A stretch of DNA of 62,364 nucleotides, the filler included, from Candidatus Fermentibacterota bacterium (GTDB lineage Bacteria > JAFGKV01), in NCBI GenBank assembly GCA_016928395.1. It is 5 parts of 5 records of this genome, joined end to end, with 100 filler letters (N's around TTAATTAATTAA, not from the genome) between each part and the next. Parts side by side here need not be neighbours in the genome. Positions count along the whole stretch, not along the records: positions 4,432 to 16,494 come from JAFGKV010000102.1; positions 16,595 to 28,699 come from JAFGKV010000103.1; 3 more parts are not named here. The stretch is one strand, 5' to 3'. This document shows positions 8,558-18,316 of this stretch, in pieces. Below the pieces are notes generated by a model. It was given only the letters and a program-made list of their open reading frames with translations, ran no database searches and was not told the DNA's origin. Every line of letters starts with the position of its first letter. Position 1 is the first letter of the stretch. The translations under genes were made by a program, and so were the position numbers.

Positions 8558-9781
8558 ATGAACTCGATCCGTGAGCTGTTCCGCATCGGACGCGGACCAT
8601 CGAGCAGCCACACCATGGGGCCGCGAACCGCTGCAGAACGATTCGCCTTGAAATACCCTGACGCGTATCGCTTCCGGGCAACACTGTTCGGCAGCCTTGC
8701 CGCTACTGGCAAGGGTCATTTGGCAGATCGCGCCGTCAGCGAGGCCTTGGCGCCCCGTGAGGTCGAGATCCTGTGGCGTGCTGAGGTGAGCCTGTCCGAG
8801 CACCCGAATGGCATGCGCTTTGAGGCACTGGATGCCAGCGAAGGCGTTCTTGGGGCATGGCAAGGCTACAGCGTCGGCGGCGGCGCAATCCGAGAAGAGG
8901 GAATTCCCGCAGAGGAGCGCAAGGTCTACAGCCGTTCCACCATGACAGAGATTCTCACCCATTGTGAGGAGCGCGGCCTGGCGTTCTGGGAGTATGTGAT
9001 GGAACAGGAGGGCGATGATATCCTGCAGTTCCTGCAGGAGGTGTGGCACGTCATGGCCACCGCCATTGATCGCGGCCTTCGGGCCGAGGGCGTGTTACCG
9101 GGGTCCCTGGGATTGCCTCGTCGTGCATGGTCATTCTACCGACGCGCGGCCGAGTCCAGTCCGTATTTTCAGAGGCGCCGGGTAATCTCGGCCTACGCAC
9201 TGGCCGTTGCCGAGGAAAATGCCGCCGGGGGCGAGATCGTGACTGCGCCGACATGCGGTGCTTCCGGCGTGTTGCCCGCGGCCTTACGTGCCATGCAGGA
9301 GGAGACAGACTGCGGTGATGATGTTCTGCTTCGGGCTTTGGCCACCGCCGGTCTGATTGGTAACATCGTGAAGCACAACGGGTCGATCTCCGGGGCAGAA
9401 GTCGGGTGTCAGGGGGAGATCGGCACCGCCTGCGCCATGGCCTCGGGAGCCGCAACGAAAATGCTGGGCGGCAGCATTCATCAGATCGAGTATGCCGCCG
9501 AGACCGGGCTGGAGCATCACCTCGGGCTCACCTGTGATCCTGTCGCCGGATTGGTGCAGATCCCGTGTATCGAACGGAATGTGTTCGCTGCGTCTCGAGC
9601 ATTCGCCTGTGCCGACTTCGCGCTGCTCACGGATGGCCGCCACCGCATCTCGTTTGATGAGGTCGTGAAGGTCATGGTCGAGACGGGGCGAGACCTCCTG
9701 CCCCGTTATCGTGAGACAGCAGGCGGGGGTCTGGCGGGGTCATTTGCTCGCCGGCCTCGGCCAGTCCTCGCAGAACCTTGA
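8558..9781 (+). CDS. sdaA: L-serine ammonia-lyase, Fe-S dependent, single chain
   Basis: GPSSSHTMGP, VTAPTCGASG, GAEVGCQGE, HHLGLTCDPV, QIPCIERN motifs; GGAGG RBS. Confidence 0.95.
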   Translation: MNSIRELFRIGRGPSSSHTMGPRTAAERFALKYPDAYRFRATLFGSLAATGKGHLADRAVSEALAPREVEILWRAEVSLSEHPNGMRFEALDASEGVLGAWQGYSVGGGAIREEGIPAEERKVYSRSTMTEILTHCEERGLAFWEYVMEQEGDDILQFLQEVWHVMATAIDRGLRAEGVLPGSLGLPRRAWSFYRRAAESSPYFQRRRVISAYALAVAEENAAGGEIVTAPTCGASGVLPAALRAMQEETDCGDDVLLRALATAGLIGNIVKHNGSISGAEVGCQGEIGTACAMASGAATKMLGGSIHQIEYAAETGLEHHLGLTCDPVAGLVQIPCIERNVFAASRAFACADFALLTDGRHRISFDEVVKVMVETGRDLLPRYRETAGGGLAGSFARRPRPVLAEP

Positions 9782-9877
9782 CTCGTGAGGTCACAGCTCA
9801 CCGTCCTGTCCCGCCCTCCCTCCCTCCTCCGCCAAGACGCCGGTGACCGCGTTCTTTATTTCTGTCTCAGGGATCTG

Positions 9878-9892
9878 TGGCACGCCTCATGC
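9878..9892 (+). promoter_or_regulatory. Putative sigma-54 (-24/-12) promoter
   Basis: TGGCAC-GCCTC-ATGC with correct GG/GC spacing, about 85 nt upstream of the gene at 9978, with an AT-rich patch upstream. Confidence 0.45.
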
Positions 9893-9977
9893 TCATGGGA
9901 GGGTGTGACATACGTGATGCGACCTGAAAGAGGATCCGCATCGTTGGGCAAGCTCAGTAGCATGAGAGGATACTACA

Positions 9978-10313
9978 ATGAAGCGTTCAGCTCTCTTCGC
10001 AGCCGCTTTGGTTCTTGTTGCCTCGACATTCTCCAGCCTGATCGCCAGCGAGTCAATGCCGGCTATGAGGATTGTCGGTGAGGTTGTCACGGAGAACGGC
10101 AAACCCGTTCCAGGCGCCGCTGTTCACTTCACTCTGGTGACCGGGAACGGCAAGCAGTTCACCATCGTCGCAGAGACAAACCAGAACGGCAAGTATGGCA
10201 TCAAGGATGTTCCGATGAGCAAGGGCCGCGGAGAAGTGTTCTTCCGCGATGCAATATATGCACAGCCGGTGGCCGTGAACGAACCCGTGAATGTCGTGAA
10301 CTTTATCCTGTAG
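9978..10313 (+). CDS. Small secreted carboxypeptidase-regulatory-like (prealbumin-fold) protein
   Basis: GAGGA RBS, signal peptide, G.V....GKPVPGA.V and TNQNGKY motifs. Confidence 0.75.
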   Translation: MKRSALFAAALVLVASTFSSLIASESMPAMRIVGEVVTENGKPVPGAAVHFTLVTGNGKQFTIVAETNQNGKYGIKDVPMSKGRGEVFFRDAIYAQPVAVNEPVNVVNFIL

Positions 10314-10501
10314 CCAGTCGGTTCTTGTTGTCCCTCAGGGCGCACCATCCTTGGTGCGCCCTGAACATTGGTGCCGGATCTTCCCACCGACATGCGACAC
10401 ATCGGATGGAATCATCGGTTCCCACTCGCGGGTCGGTATGGCCGGATCGGAATCGACGGTGTGATCAGCGGAGGGGATTCTCTTTGGCGGGCCTCGATAC
10501 A

Positions 10502-11593
10502 TTAGGGAAGATCAAGCGTCATCGTCCTCACCTTGGGTAGGATTGTGGCGGAGTCAGGCTGGGCACCCTCTTCCTTGGGGACCACCAGTAGCGCAGGCGT
10601 TGCGTCATCCTCCAGATCCAGCCCATCGCGGTAGAGCGCGAGAATGACTCCGTCTTCGCCGTCAAGATCGCGGGAGTCGAGCCTCACCCTTCTCCCATCG
10701 GCATCCCCTACCTCGAGGGAGTACCCGCTGATGGCGAGGTCCTGCCGGTAGGAGCGGATGGCACTGTCCTGCCGGTGGGGAGCATACAGCGAATCGTCGG
10801 AAAACGCCAGCAACCTGAACACCGGAACGCCCCAGTACTCAGATGAGTCGGTCCCCGAGGCCACGCGTACGCGGGCTCCGTGGCAGCTGGCGCAGCTCTG
10901 AAGGGTTTGGCGATCAACGTCAATCTGCATCCTGCCACGCATGGCTATGGCATAGGGTTGCGCGGGAACCCCGGTGATGCTGATACGACTGAGCCGCTGC
11001 ACCGAGAGATGACCATCGACCATGGGTGTTGAGGGCCCCACCTTGATCGCCCGGACCAGCCCCATCGCGGCCGGCATGGGGGTGCCATCCCGAAGCATGG
11101 CCAGTATCCAGGTGCCCTGGCTTCGATCCAGGATTTCACGTCCTGAAAAGGCCATGCGATACCCGTCGTCGGCGGCGAAGGTGAGGGAGTGGTCGTCCTC
11201 AAGCCCGGCCCACTGCAGCAGGAGATCCGGCAGGCTAATGCCGGCCCATGTACCCGTGATCGCGTTCCCCGTGGTGGTGGTGAAGCCCCCCGGCCCTTCC
11301 ACGCAGAAAGGTGACGCGGCAAGCTCGGCAAGTGAGATTGACAAGGTGTCTCCCGGCCGGGCCAGCATAAGAACCCACGGGGAGAGCGGGGAGTCCCTCA
11401 GTGCCGCGTCGAGAATGACAGAGCATGCCGTTCCGGAGGGTTCCGGGATCACCAAGGATGCTTCCTCTGCTTCGCGACCGAGCACAGCACCGGCCGTGCC
11501 GTCTGATGAGCTGCCAGAGAGCACGGCGGTTTGAGGCAGCACCGCCAGAAAGAGAAGGAAACCACTCAAAGAGGGAGGGGCGCATCTGCGCAT
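10502..11593 (-). CDS. Exported molybdopterin-dependent oxidoreductase-like domain protein
   Basis: WAGISL.DLL, F.A.DGYR..F and ILA...DG motifs, repeated in a second domain (YWGVPV, ILALYRDG); signal peptide; GGAGG RBS. Confidence 0.65.
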   Translation of the reverse strand: MRRCAPPSLSGFLLFLAVLPQTAVLSGSSSDGTAGAVLGREAEEASLVIPEPSGTACSVILDAALRDSPLSPWVLMLARPGDTLSISLAELAASPFCVEGPGGFTTTTGNAITGTWAGISLPDLLLQWAGLEDDHSLTFAADDGYRMAFSGREILDRSQGTWILAMLRDGTPMPAAMGLVRAIKVGPSTPMVDGHLSVQRLSRISITGVPAQPYAIAMRGRMQIDVDRQTLQSCASCHGARVRVASGTDSSEYWGVPVFRLLAFSDDSLYAPHRQDSAIRSYRQDLAISGYSLEVGDADGRRVRLDSRDLDGEDGVILALYRDGLDLEDDATPALLVVPKEEGAQPDSATILPKVRTMTLDLP

Positions 11594-11860
11594 TGGGGGT
11601 ACCTCCACAAGAACGTATGGTATGGCCAGCCGGGCCGAGCCCGGCCAAGACGAAGCGAGGAATAGCACCTGCTCCCGAGGGAAGGGTGAGGGTCTGAGTG
11701 CGATCGATGTGTACTCTGGGCACGGGATCTCTGTGTCGTACCCGAATCGCGGTATTCAAGGGTTGCGCGGATTCTCCGCACACCTAAGCTTGCGGCCCAC
11801 ATAGCTTTGCCTAGTGTGCGGCGGGCGCGCTGCCGGTCTCGAGTCCATGGGAGAAACAGC

Positions 11861-12538
11861 ATGAAACGACTCATTGAGAAGCTCTTCGGGGTTTCGCCGT
11901 TTGGTCCGCTGGTTGAGCATACAAAGAAGGTGCACGAATGTGTCAAGCTCGTGCGACCGTTGATGGAGGCCTGTATCCGGAGGGACCACGAGGAAATACA
12001 CCGCCTCCAGGACCAGGTTTCCAGGCTTGAATACGAGGCAGACCAGGTGAAGCATGCCATCAGGGAGCAGCTTCCGCGCCAGTACATAATGCCGGTGGAC
12101 CGCAGCGATCTGGAACGCTACCTTCACAGCATCGACAACGTCGCCGATCATGCGCAGGATTTCGCCATTGTCCTCCTCATTCGCAAGACCGCGATGCATG
12201 AGCAACTCGTCAGCGGATTCCTGGAGTTCGTCGATCAGATCATCGCGGTAAGCGAAATGCTCATGACCGCAGCCGAGGAACTGGGCACTCTGGCACAGGC
12301 GTCCTTCAAGGGCGCGGAGGCTGAACTCGTACTGGAGCGCGTGGGTGGCCTGGGCAAGGCGGAGTGGAAGGCCGACCGCCTGCAGCGCACGTTGAGTCAG
12401 CATGTGTACGAACTCGAATCCGAGTTGGACCCCATCACCATCATCTTCTACGAGAAAATGATGCGTTCCCTGAGTGGGATCGCCAACTCGGCGGAGAACA
12501 GTGGCGACATTCTGCGGCAGATGATCGTCAAGAGCTAG
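11861..12538 (+). CDS. DUF47/TIGR00153 phosphate transport regulator (PhoU-like)
   Basis: SPF..L..H, LEYEAD, PVDRSD, EWKAD motifs; directly upstream of a PiT gene. Confidence 0.9.
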   Translation: MKRLIEKLFGVSPFGPLVEHTKKVHECVKLVRPLMEACIRRDHEEIHRLQDQVSRLEYEADQVKHAIREQLPRQYIMPVDRSDLERYLHSIDNVADHAQDFAIVLLIRKTAMHEQLVSGFLEFVDQIIAVSEMLMTAAEELGTLAQASFKGAEAELVLERVGGLGKAEWKADRLQRTLSQHVYELESELDPITIIFYEKMMRSLSGIANSAENSGDILRQMIVKS

Positions 12539-12553
12539 GGGAGTGCCGGTCTC

Positions 12554-13840
12554 GTGATCACCGTACTCCTGGGCGGCACCGTGGCCTTGGGCCTCTACCT
12601 GGCCTGGACCATCGGCGGTAACGACTTCGCCAACTCCATGGGTGATGCGGTCGGCGCCCGGGCCGTATCCATCCCCAAGGCGATCCTGCTGGGGGCTCTG
12701 TGTGAGCTGGCCGGATCCACTTTGGCCGGATCGCATGTCACGGACACGGTGCGCAAAGGCATCGTAGACCCGAACCACTTTGCCGGTGCGCCCGAGCTGG
12801 TGGCCCTGGGCATGATGGCTGCGTTGCTCGGGACGGCCCTCTGGCTGCACGTGGCCACCCTATTCGGGTTGCCTGTCTCCACCACCCATTCCATCGTGGG
12901 CGGCGTCGCGGGGTTCGGCGTGGTCGGCGCCGGTTGGGCGGCAGTGTCATGGGGCACGTTGAGTGCTATCGTCATGAGTTGGTTTATCTCCCCGCTGGTG
13001 GGCGGCATCCTGGCATACATCCTTTTCAAACTGATCGTGCGGTTCATCCTCGGGCAGAGCCGGCCCGTCGACGCCGCGATACGCTGTGCTCCGTCAGTGA
13101 TCTTCGTGGTGGTCGCCGTTCTGGTGTACTCGACCATGTTCAAGGCTCTGGGCAAGAAGCTGGCAGGCACGGCCCTTGAGGCTACAGGGCCCCCGGCCGT
13201 AATCCTGAGTGTCGGCCTTGGGATTGTCGCCGCGTTGATTGCCAGACCGATGCTTGCCTATCGCCTTCGAGGGCGCCAAAACCAGCCGCTTTCCATGCAG
13301 CTCTCCTCCATCGAGGCTGCCTTCGCCCCACTGGTGGTCATCACTTCGTGCAGCGTTGCCTTCGCCCACGGCGCGAACGATGTCGCCAATGCGATCGGCC
13401 CGGTGGCCGCGGTGATGGACATCATCCAAAGCGGCACCGTCTCCATGAAGGCAATGGTTCCCTATTGGCTGCTTGGGCTTGGGGGCATTGGTATTGCACT
13501 GGGCCTGGCTACCTATGGCTATCGGGTCATGCTTACCATCGGGACCAAGATCACCCAGCTCACGCCCACCAGGGGCGTCGCCGCGGACCTGGCGGCTTCC
13601 ACCACGGTCATCTCCTGTACGCTGCTGAAGTTCCCGGTCTCTACCACCCACACCATCGTGGGGGCCATCATTGGTGTGGGTTTCGCGCGGGGCCTTGGCG
13701 CGGTGAATCGGAAGGTGACTCGCGACATTTTCGGGTCATGGCTCATAACAGTCCCGGCTGCGGGGTTGTTATCCGCGGTTCTCTTCACCGCCGGAAGAGC
13801 CCTTGGCCTAGCCGATCTGATTCGCACTTCGTTCCCGTAG
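12554..13840 (+). CDS. pit: Inorganic phosphate transporter, PiT family
   Basis: GGNDFANSMG and HGANDVANAIGP signatures; PVSTTH twice. Confidence 0.95.
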   Translation: MITVLLGGTVALGLYLAWTIGGNDFANSMGDAVGARAVSIPKAILLGALCELAGSTLAGSHVTDTVRKGIVDPNHFAGAPELVALGMMAALLGTALWLHVATLFGLPVSTTHSIVGGVAGFGVVGAGWAAVSWGTLSAIVMSWFISPLVGGILAYILFKLIVRFILGQSRPVDAAIRCAPSVIFVVVAVLVYSTMFKALGKKLAGTALEATGPPAVILSVGLGIVAALIARPMLAYRLRGRQNQPLSMQLSSIEAAFAPLVVITSCSVAFAHGANDVANAIGPVAAVMDIIQSGTVSMKAMVPYWLLGLGGIGIALGLATYGYRVMLTIGTKITQLTPTRGVAADLAASTTVISCTLLKFPVSTTHTIVGAIIGVGFARGLGAVNRKVTRDIFGSWLITVPAAGLLSAVLFTAGRALGLADLIRTSFP

Positions 13841-13946
13841 AGGGGTCGTCGGCTTCCGGCTCTTGGCAGCCCGCTCTCGCGGGTCCCAAACCTTCTCGCT
13901 TCTACACCCTCTCCTTCTCGGTCGGAACTGGGCCGGCCCGTTCCTG

Positions 13947-13972
13947 TGTAACGGTGGAAGGACACCTTCGTT
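13947..13972 (+). promoter_or_regulatory. ECF-type autoregulatory promoter
   Basis: TGTAAC-N16-CGTT, 33 nt upstream of the ECF gene. Confidence 0.6.
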
Positions 13973-14005
13973 GTACTGGGTGAACGCCTCGAACGGGAGA
14001 GTGGA

Positions 14006-14650
14006 GTGGACAGGGATCAGGAACGACGACTCGTCAAGGCCGCCCGAAAGAACCCCGAGGCATTCGGGGCGCTCTACGACGAGTATGCCGGGAGGATCCT
14101 GTCGTACACTTACCGTCTTCTGGGCTCCTTCGCCGACGCGGAAGAGGCCACCTCGGAGACGTTCTACAAGGCGATTCTCGGCATTGGCCGCTTCAGGTGG
14201 AGGCCCTGTGGGTTTCTACCCTGGCTCTACCGGATCGCCTCGAACGAGTCCGTGAATGTGCAGCGCCGGAGGGCCAAAGGCGCCGAGAGCCCTCTGTTCG
14301 AGAGGCTGCCCGGGCCGGTGAGGGATGAGCTGGAACAGAAAGAAACGGTCGAGTCGGGGCATGAGTTGGCGAAAGCCCTGGCGAGAGCTCTTGCCCAGCT
14401 TGACCCCCGCGATCGTCAGATCGTGACGCTCCACTACTTCCAGGGCGAGACCTACGCGCTTATTGCCAGGTCAACCGGCGTCAAGGAGAGTGCACTACGC
14501 GTCAGGGCCATGCGGGCTTTGCGCAGGCTGGAGCAGATACTCGAGAAGGAGGGCTGGAACCATGGAAGGGCACACGATGCAGGGTGGGCTGCCGGCGTCG
14601 ATGGATGCGCCGAAGTTCCAGGCGTACCTGAGACAGCAGCTCATCTTTGA
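14006..14650 (+). CDS. ECF sigma-70 family RNA polymerase sigma factor
   Basis: AFGALYDEY, DAEEATSETF, WLYRIA and a region 4 helix-turn-helix. Confidence 0.92.
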   Translation: MDRDQERRLVKAARKNPEAFGALYDEYAGRILSYTYRLLGSFADAEEATSETFYKAILGIGRFRWRPCGFLPWLYRIASNESVNVQRRRAKGAESPLFERLPGPVRDELEQKETVESGHELAKALARALAQLDPRDRQIVTLHYFQGETYALIARSTGVKESALRVRAMRALRRLEQILEKEGWNHGRAHDAGWAAGVDGCAEVPGVPETAAHL

Positions 14651-15065
14651 ACATCAGCGCGTGAGCCTTGCGCGCTCCCGCAGGAATTGGCGGATGACCG
14701 CGCTGGTCGCCGTTGCCGTGTGTGTGGTCAGCATCGCGCGGCCCGGGATTCCCCACAGGGCCCGCGAATCCATGGCCGTGCTCCTCGGATCGCCCCACGG
14801 CCAGCCTGATGTGGAGTTGGCGTACCGCGACGACTCCGTTCCCCTTGAGCATGCCCTGGCTGCGAGCCTGGCGCAGGACCGTGCCCTGGCCAGGCGGCTG
14901 GGATCGGGGCACGTCCTTGGGGCGCGTGCCCCGGAGCATACGTTCGTTGTCAGCAGGTTCCCCATCTCAGGAGGACGGGCGGTGAGCATCTATACGCCGC
15001 TCTCGAGCCCTCGACAGGATGGGGAGAACGATGTCGTTTTCGCACATGATGGAGGTGTATGGTAA
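14562..15065 (+). CDS. Putative single-pass membrane anti-sigma factor
   Basis: AAGGAGG RBS inside the sigma 3' end; short cytoplasmic N-terminus then a TM helix (TALVAVAVCVVSIA). Confidence 0.6.
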   Translation: MEGHTMQGGLPASMDAPKFQAYLRQQLIFEHQRVSLARSRRNWRMTALVAVAVCVVSIARPGIPHRARESMAVLLGSPHGQPDVELAYRDDSVPLEHALAASLAQDRALARRLGSGHVLGARAPEHTFVVSRFPISGGRAVSIYTPLSSPRQDGENDVVFAHDGGVW

Positions 15066-16024
15066 TGCAACGCACACTCACTGTACTGGTACTCTGCGCC
15101 GCTCTTTTCCCCTTCGGGGTATCGGCCGGAGAAGGTGCGCATCTCGGGGTTATGCTCGGCTCCCTGGAAGATCTCGCCCAGAAGTTCGACTATGACGGCC
15201 GAGGTGCGCCAGTCGTCGAAGTGGTCAAGGACGGCCCCGCGGCCAAGGCCGGGATGAAGGATGGGGATGTCATCATCGCCATCGACAAGGATGCCATTGT
15301 GGGGCCGGGGCATCTCAGGGAGGTGCTGAGCTTCCGCAGCCCAGGCGACAAGGCCCAGGTCACCGTCTGGCGCAAGGGAAAGAAGGAGACGCTGCACGTT
15401 GAGCTGGGGGAACGAACGAAGCTCCACCTCCTCGACCGCAGCGACTTCGCCAAGACCATTGTCATCAGCGGCGAACCCACGGCGTGGCTTGGGATACGAA
15501 CTCAGGAGTTGTCCGAGCAACTGGGCGAGCACTTCGGGGCCAAGGCGGGGGTGCTGGTCTCTGAGGTCATTGAGGACAGCCCCGCGGCCAAGGCAGGAAT
15601 CGCCGCAGGAGACGTGATTGTCAAGGTGGGCGAAGAAACGGTCTCCCAGCCCTTCGAGCTGACCAAGGCCCTCGGAGACCGGGAACCCGGCCAGAAGATC
15701 ACCCTTGTGCTCATCAGGCAGGGCAGGGAGTTGACCAAAGAGGTCGAGCTGGGGGAGACACCGAAGGAGTATCGCAGGGGGCGCCCTCAAGTCTTCAGGT
15801 GGAAGTCCGGCGATGAGGGAGGCAGCGACTGGAGTTTCTCTTTGCCCCGAGACCTTCCTCCGGGGGCCCTTCCGGGTATGGACTGGCTCGAGCTTGACGC
15901 GCGGGTAGACCGTGAGGAGCTGCAGAAGGATCTGCAGGAACTCCGGGAGACTCTGAGCGAGCAAATGAAGGACATCCGTGCCGAGCTGGACGAGTTGAGG
16001 AAGAGTCTGAAGGCGCAGGACTGA
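15065..16024 (+). CDS. Exported tandem-PDZ protein with C-terminal coiled coil
   Basis: TAATG coupling; signal peptide; two PDZ domains (GPAAKAGMKDGDVI, SPAAKAGIAAGDVI); no protease domain. Confidence 0.9.
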   Translation: MQRTLTVLVLCAALFPFGVSAGEGAHLGVMLGSLEDLAQKFDYDGRGAPVVEVVKDGPAAKAGMKDGDVIIAIDKDAIVGPGHLREVLSFRSPGDKAQVTVWRKGKKETLHVELGERTKLHLLDRSDFAKTIVISGEPTAWLGIRTQELSEQLGEHFGAKAGVLVSEVIEDSPAAKAGIAAGDVIVKVGEETVSQPFELTKALGDREPGQKITLVLIRQGRELTKEVELGETPKEYRRGRPQVFRWKSGDEGGSDWSFSLPRDLPPGALPGMDWLELDARVDREELQKDLQELRETLSEQMKDIRAELDELRKSLKAQD

Positions 16025-16040
16025 TCTCGCACGGCGCATC

Positions 16041-16080
16041 ACCGGCCGGGGCGCACAGCACCCCGGCCGGTTCCATTTGT
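16041..16080 (+). terminator. Intrinsic terminator
   Basis: 11-bp stem ACCGGCCGGGG/CCCCGGCCGGT followed by T-rich sequence. Confidence 0.65.
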
Positions 16081-16413
16081 TGGTCTTCCAGCAGGTCAAG
16101 CACACGGAGGAGTGGCCACTCATGCCGCCGGGACTCTGAATTCAATGCGGCCTCTGGGGTCGCACATCGCCGTCAGGGTGTTCTTGGTTGAGAGTGGGGC
16201 GGCGCGTGCGGAGTGGCCAGCCCCCGCGGTCGCCCGGACGGAGCGTCGTCGCCATCGATATCATTGAGGTTGTCGGGGACGAGGGCCCATCCCCGGATTC
16301 GACTCCGAGACCGATGGCCCCGGCACGGGCAGTGTGACGCCCTCCGCCTTCTGCGGGAGGCTTGACATTCGAAGGAGGGGGCAGTACGCTTGCGGCAGCA
16401 TCTGAGTCGGGGT

Positions 16414-16494
16414 CGGCTCCATCGGCTCCATCGGCTCCATCGGCTCCATCGGCTCCATCGGCTCCATCGGCTCCATCGGCTCCATCGGCTCCAT
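16414..16494 (+). repeat. Perfect 9-mer tandem repeat (CGGCTCCAT)x9 running into the contig end
   Basis: 81 nt, nine identical units, cut by the linker. Confidence 0.95.
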
Positions 16495-16594
16495 NNNNNN
16501 NNNNNNNNNNNNNNNNNNNNNNNNNNNNNNNNNNNNNNTTAATTAATTAANNNNNNNNNNNNNNNNNNNNNNNNNNNNNNNNNNNNNNNNNNNN
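16495..16594. other. Artificial contig linker
   Basis: N-run with TTAATTAATTAA. Confidence 0.99.
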
Positions 16595-16619
16595 AGGTTT
16601 TTCGAAGTGGAGAGTACGG

Positions 16620-16830
16620 CCGGCAGTCAGCAGTTGGCTATCGGCTGTCAGCTATCGGCCCTCAGCTATCAGGCCCGCCCAGCGCTACGAGAAACCGTTG
16701 CCGTGGTAGGGGCGACCGTCTCAGGTCGCCCGCGGGGGGGCGGGGCTCGGGGTCGGTATCGCTATCGCTCTCGAGAGGCGTACCTCCGAGTACGAGTGCG
16801 TGTATGTTCTCTGAAACGAGTGGGGCCCGG
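16620..16830 (+). repeat. Composite intergenic repeat, inverted homolog of modules in 163-790; includes GTAG-REP at 16706-16731
   Basis: Its reverse complement shares GGCAACGGTTTCTCGTAGCGCTGGGCGGGCCTGAT, the REP hairpin, GATAGCGATACCGACCCC and CCCCACTCGTTT with contig A. Confidence 0.85.
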
Positions 16831-17078
16831 ACAACTGCCTCTTGCCGGCTGCCGACTGACAAGGGCTCGGGGTCACCATCGGAATCGCTATCGGGATCGA
16901 CAATGAGGGCATTCGAGTCCGAGCAGGAGCTTTCCCTCGTGCGCTCACACAAGAAGTCAGGGATCGAGGAGTGGGTGAGGAGACGGGGACAGTCAGCAGC
17001 CGGCAGGACTCCCACCCATCCAATCGTCTCCCCATCCTTCCGTCGTGATGCAGTGGAAAGAGAACTGATTGCGGAGAA

Positions 17079-18101
17079 CTATCCCTGCGGCGTGTCCAAC
17101 TCCCAGCGCAGGAGTATGGCGCCCCAGGTATAGCCCCCACCAAAGGACGTCAACACCACCAGATCGCCTTTCTTGATCCTGCCCGACAGTGCGGCTTCGT
17201 GAAGCCCGATGGGAATGGTGGCTGCCGTGGTGTTGCCATACCGATCGATATTCACCAGAACCTGTTCGCGCTCAATGCCCAGCCGTTTGGCCACCGCTTC
17301 GATTATCCGAAGGTTGGCCTGGTGAGGGATGATCAGGCTGATATCGCCGATGGCGAACCCGTTGCGCTCGACGACCTCCATGGTGACATCGGCCATTGAG
17401 GTGGAGGCAATCTTGAAGACCGCTTTCCCGTCTTGGTAGAGGTAATGCAGTCCCTTGTCCAGGGTGGCATGGGACGGCGGGTTCAGGCTGCCGCCGCCCA
17501 GCATGTGGAGATACTGGGCCCCGGAGCCGTCGGCATGCAGGATGAAGTCGATGATTCCTTCGCCCTCGTCCATGGGCTCGAGAATCACCGTCCCGCATCC
17601 GTCGCCGAAGAGGATACACTGGTTGCGATTTGTCCATTCCACCAGCGTGGTCAAGACGTCGACGCCCACGACTGCGACATTGCGAACAGAGCCGCTGGCC
17701 ACCGCCTGATACCCCGCCGCCAGGCCGAAGATGAACCCCGAGCACGCGGCGGAAAGGTCGTAACCCCAAGCATTCCGGGCGCCCACTTTGTCCTGGAGCA
17801 CGCAGGCCGTGGAAGGGAAGAACATGTCGGGGGTGACTGTGGTGACGATGATATGATCGATCTCCTCGGGCGACAAACCCCGCGATTTCAGCGCCGCCCG
17901 CACAGCGGGGGCTGCGATGTCCGAAGCGGGGGTGCCCGGAGATGCGATGTGGCGCTCGCGAATGCCGGTTCTGGTCCGAATCCACTCGTCGGAGGTTTCC
18001 ACGAGCTGTTCGAGGTGGGTATTGGTGAGAATGCGATCCGGCACGTACATCCCCGTGCCCGTGATGCCGACTGTCCTGACCGGCAAGCCTCGCTTCACCA
18101 C
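17079..18101 (-). CDS. fabH: Beta-ketoacyl-ACP synthase III
   Basis: WIRTRTGIRERH, AACSGF, LFGDG, PHQANLRII, YGNT (Cys-His-Asn triad). Confidence 0.96.
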   Translation of the reverse strand: MVKRGLPVRTVGITGTGMYVPDRILTNTHLEQLVETSDEWIRTRTGIRERHIASPGTPASDIAAPAVRAALKSRGLSPEEIDHIIVTTVTPDMFFPSTACVLQDKVGARNAWGYDLSAACSGFIFGLAAGYQAVASGSVRNVAVVGVDVLTTLVEWTNRNQCILFGDGCGTVILEPMDEGEGIIDFILHADGSGAQYLHMLGGGSLNPPSHATLDKGLHYLYQDGKAVFKIASTSMADVTMEVVERNGFAIGDISLIIPHQANLRIIEAVAKRLGIEREQVLVNIDRYGNTTAATIPIGLHEAALSGRIKKGDLVVLTSFGGGYTWGAILLRWELDTPQG

Positions 18102-18212
18102 GATATAGACCTCCTCGTGAACAGACTGAGACGATAGCGGGTATTACGTAGGGTACGCTTTGGCGGCAGGTTATTGCCTTCTCTCCATGGGTGCAACGGT
18201 TTTCGTGGCCCG

Positions 18213-18241
18213 TTGACATCGGAGGAGCCGTCCGGTAATGT
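18213..18241 (+). promoter_or_regulatory. Sigma-70 promoter
   Basis: TTGACA-N17-TAATGT upstream of the gene at 18317. Confidence 0.55.
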
Positions 18242-18316
18242 ACCCAACTCACATCTCCCAATGGCCGAGTGATCGGCCGCGGGTGCCGGCAGATGCCGAA
18301 GACAGGAGGATTTGCC

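Noticed and set aside
16140-16166. TTCAATGCGGCC resembling a type I-G CRISPR repeat end
   Set aside because: Single copy, no spacers, and on a different contig from cas3.
16261-16494. (MEP)n ORF
   Set aside because: Produced by the 9-mer repeat at a contig edge; the remainder is not protein-like enough to call.
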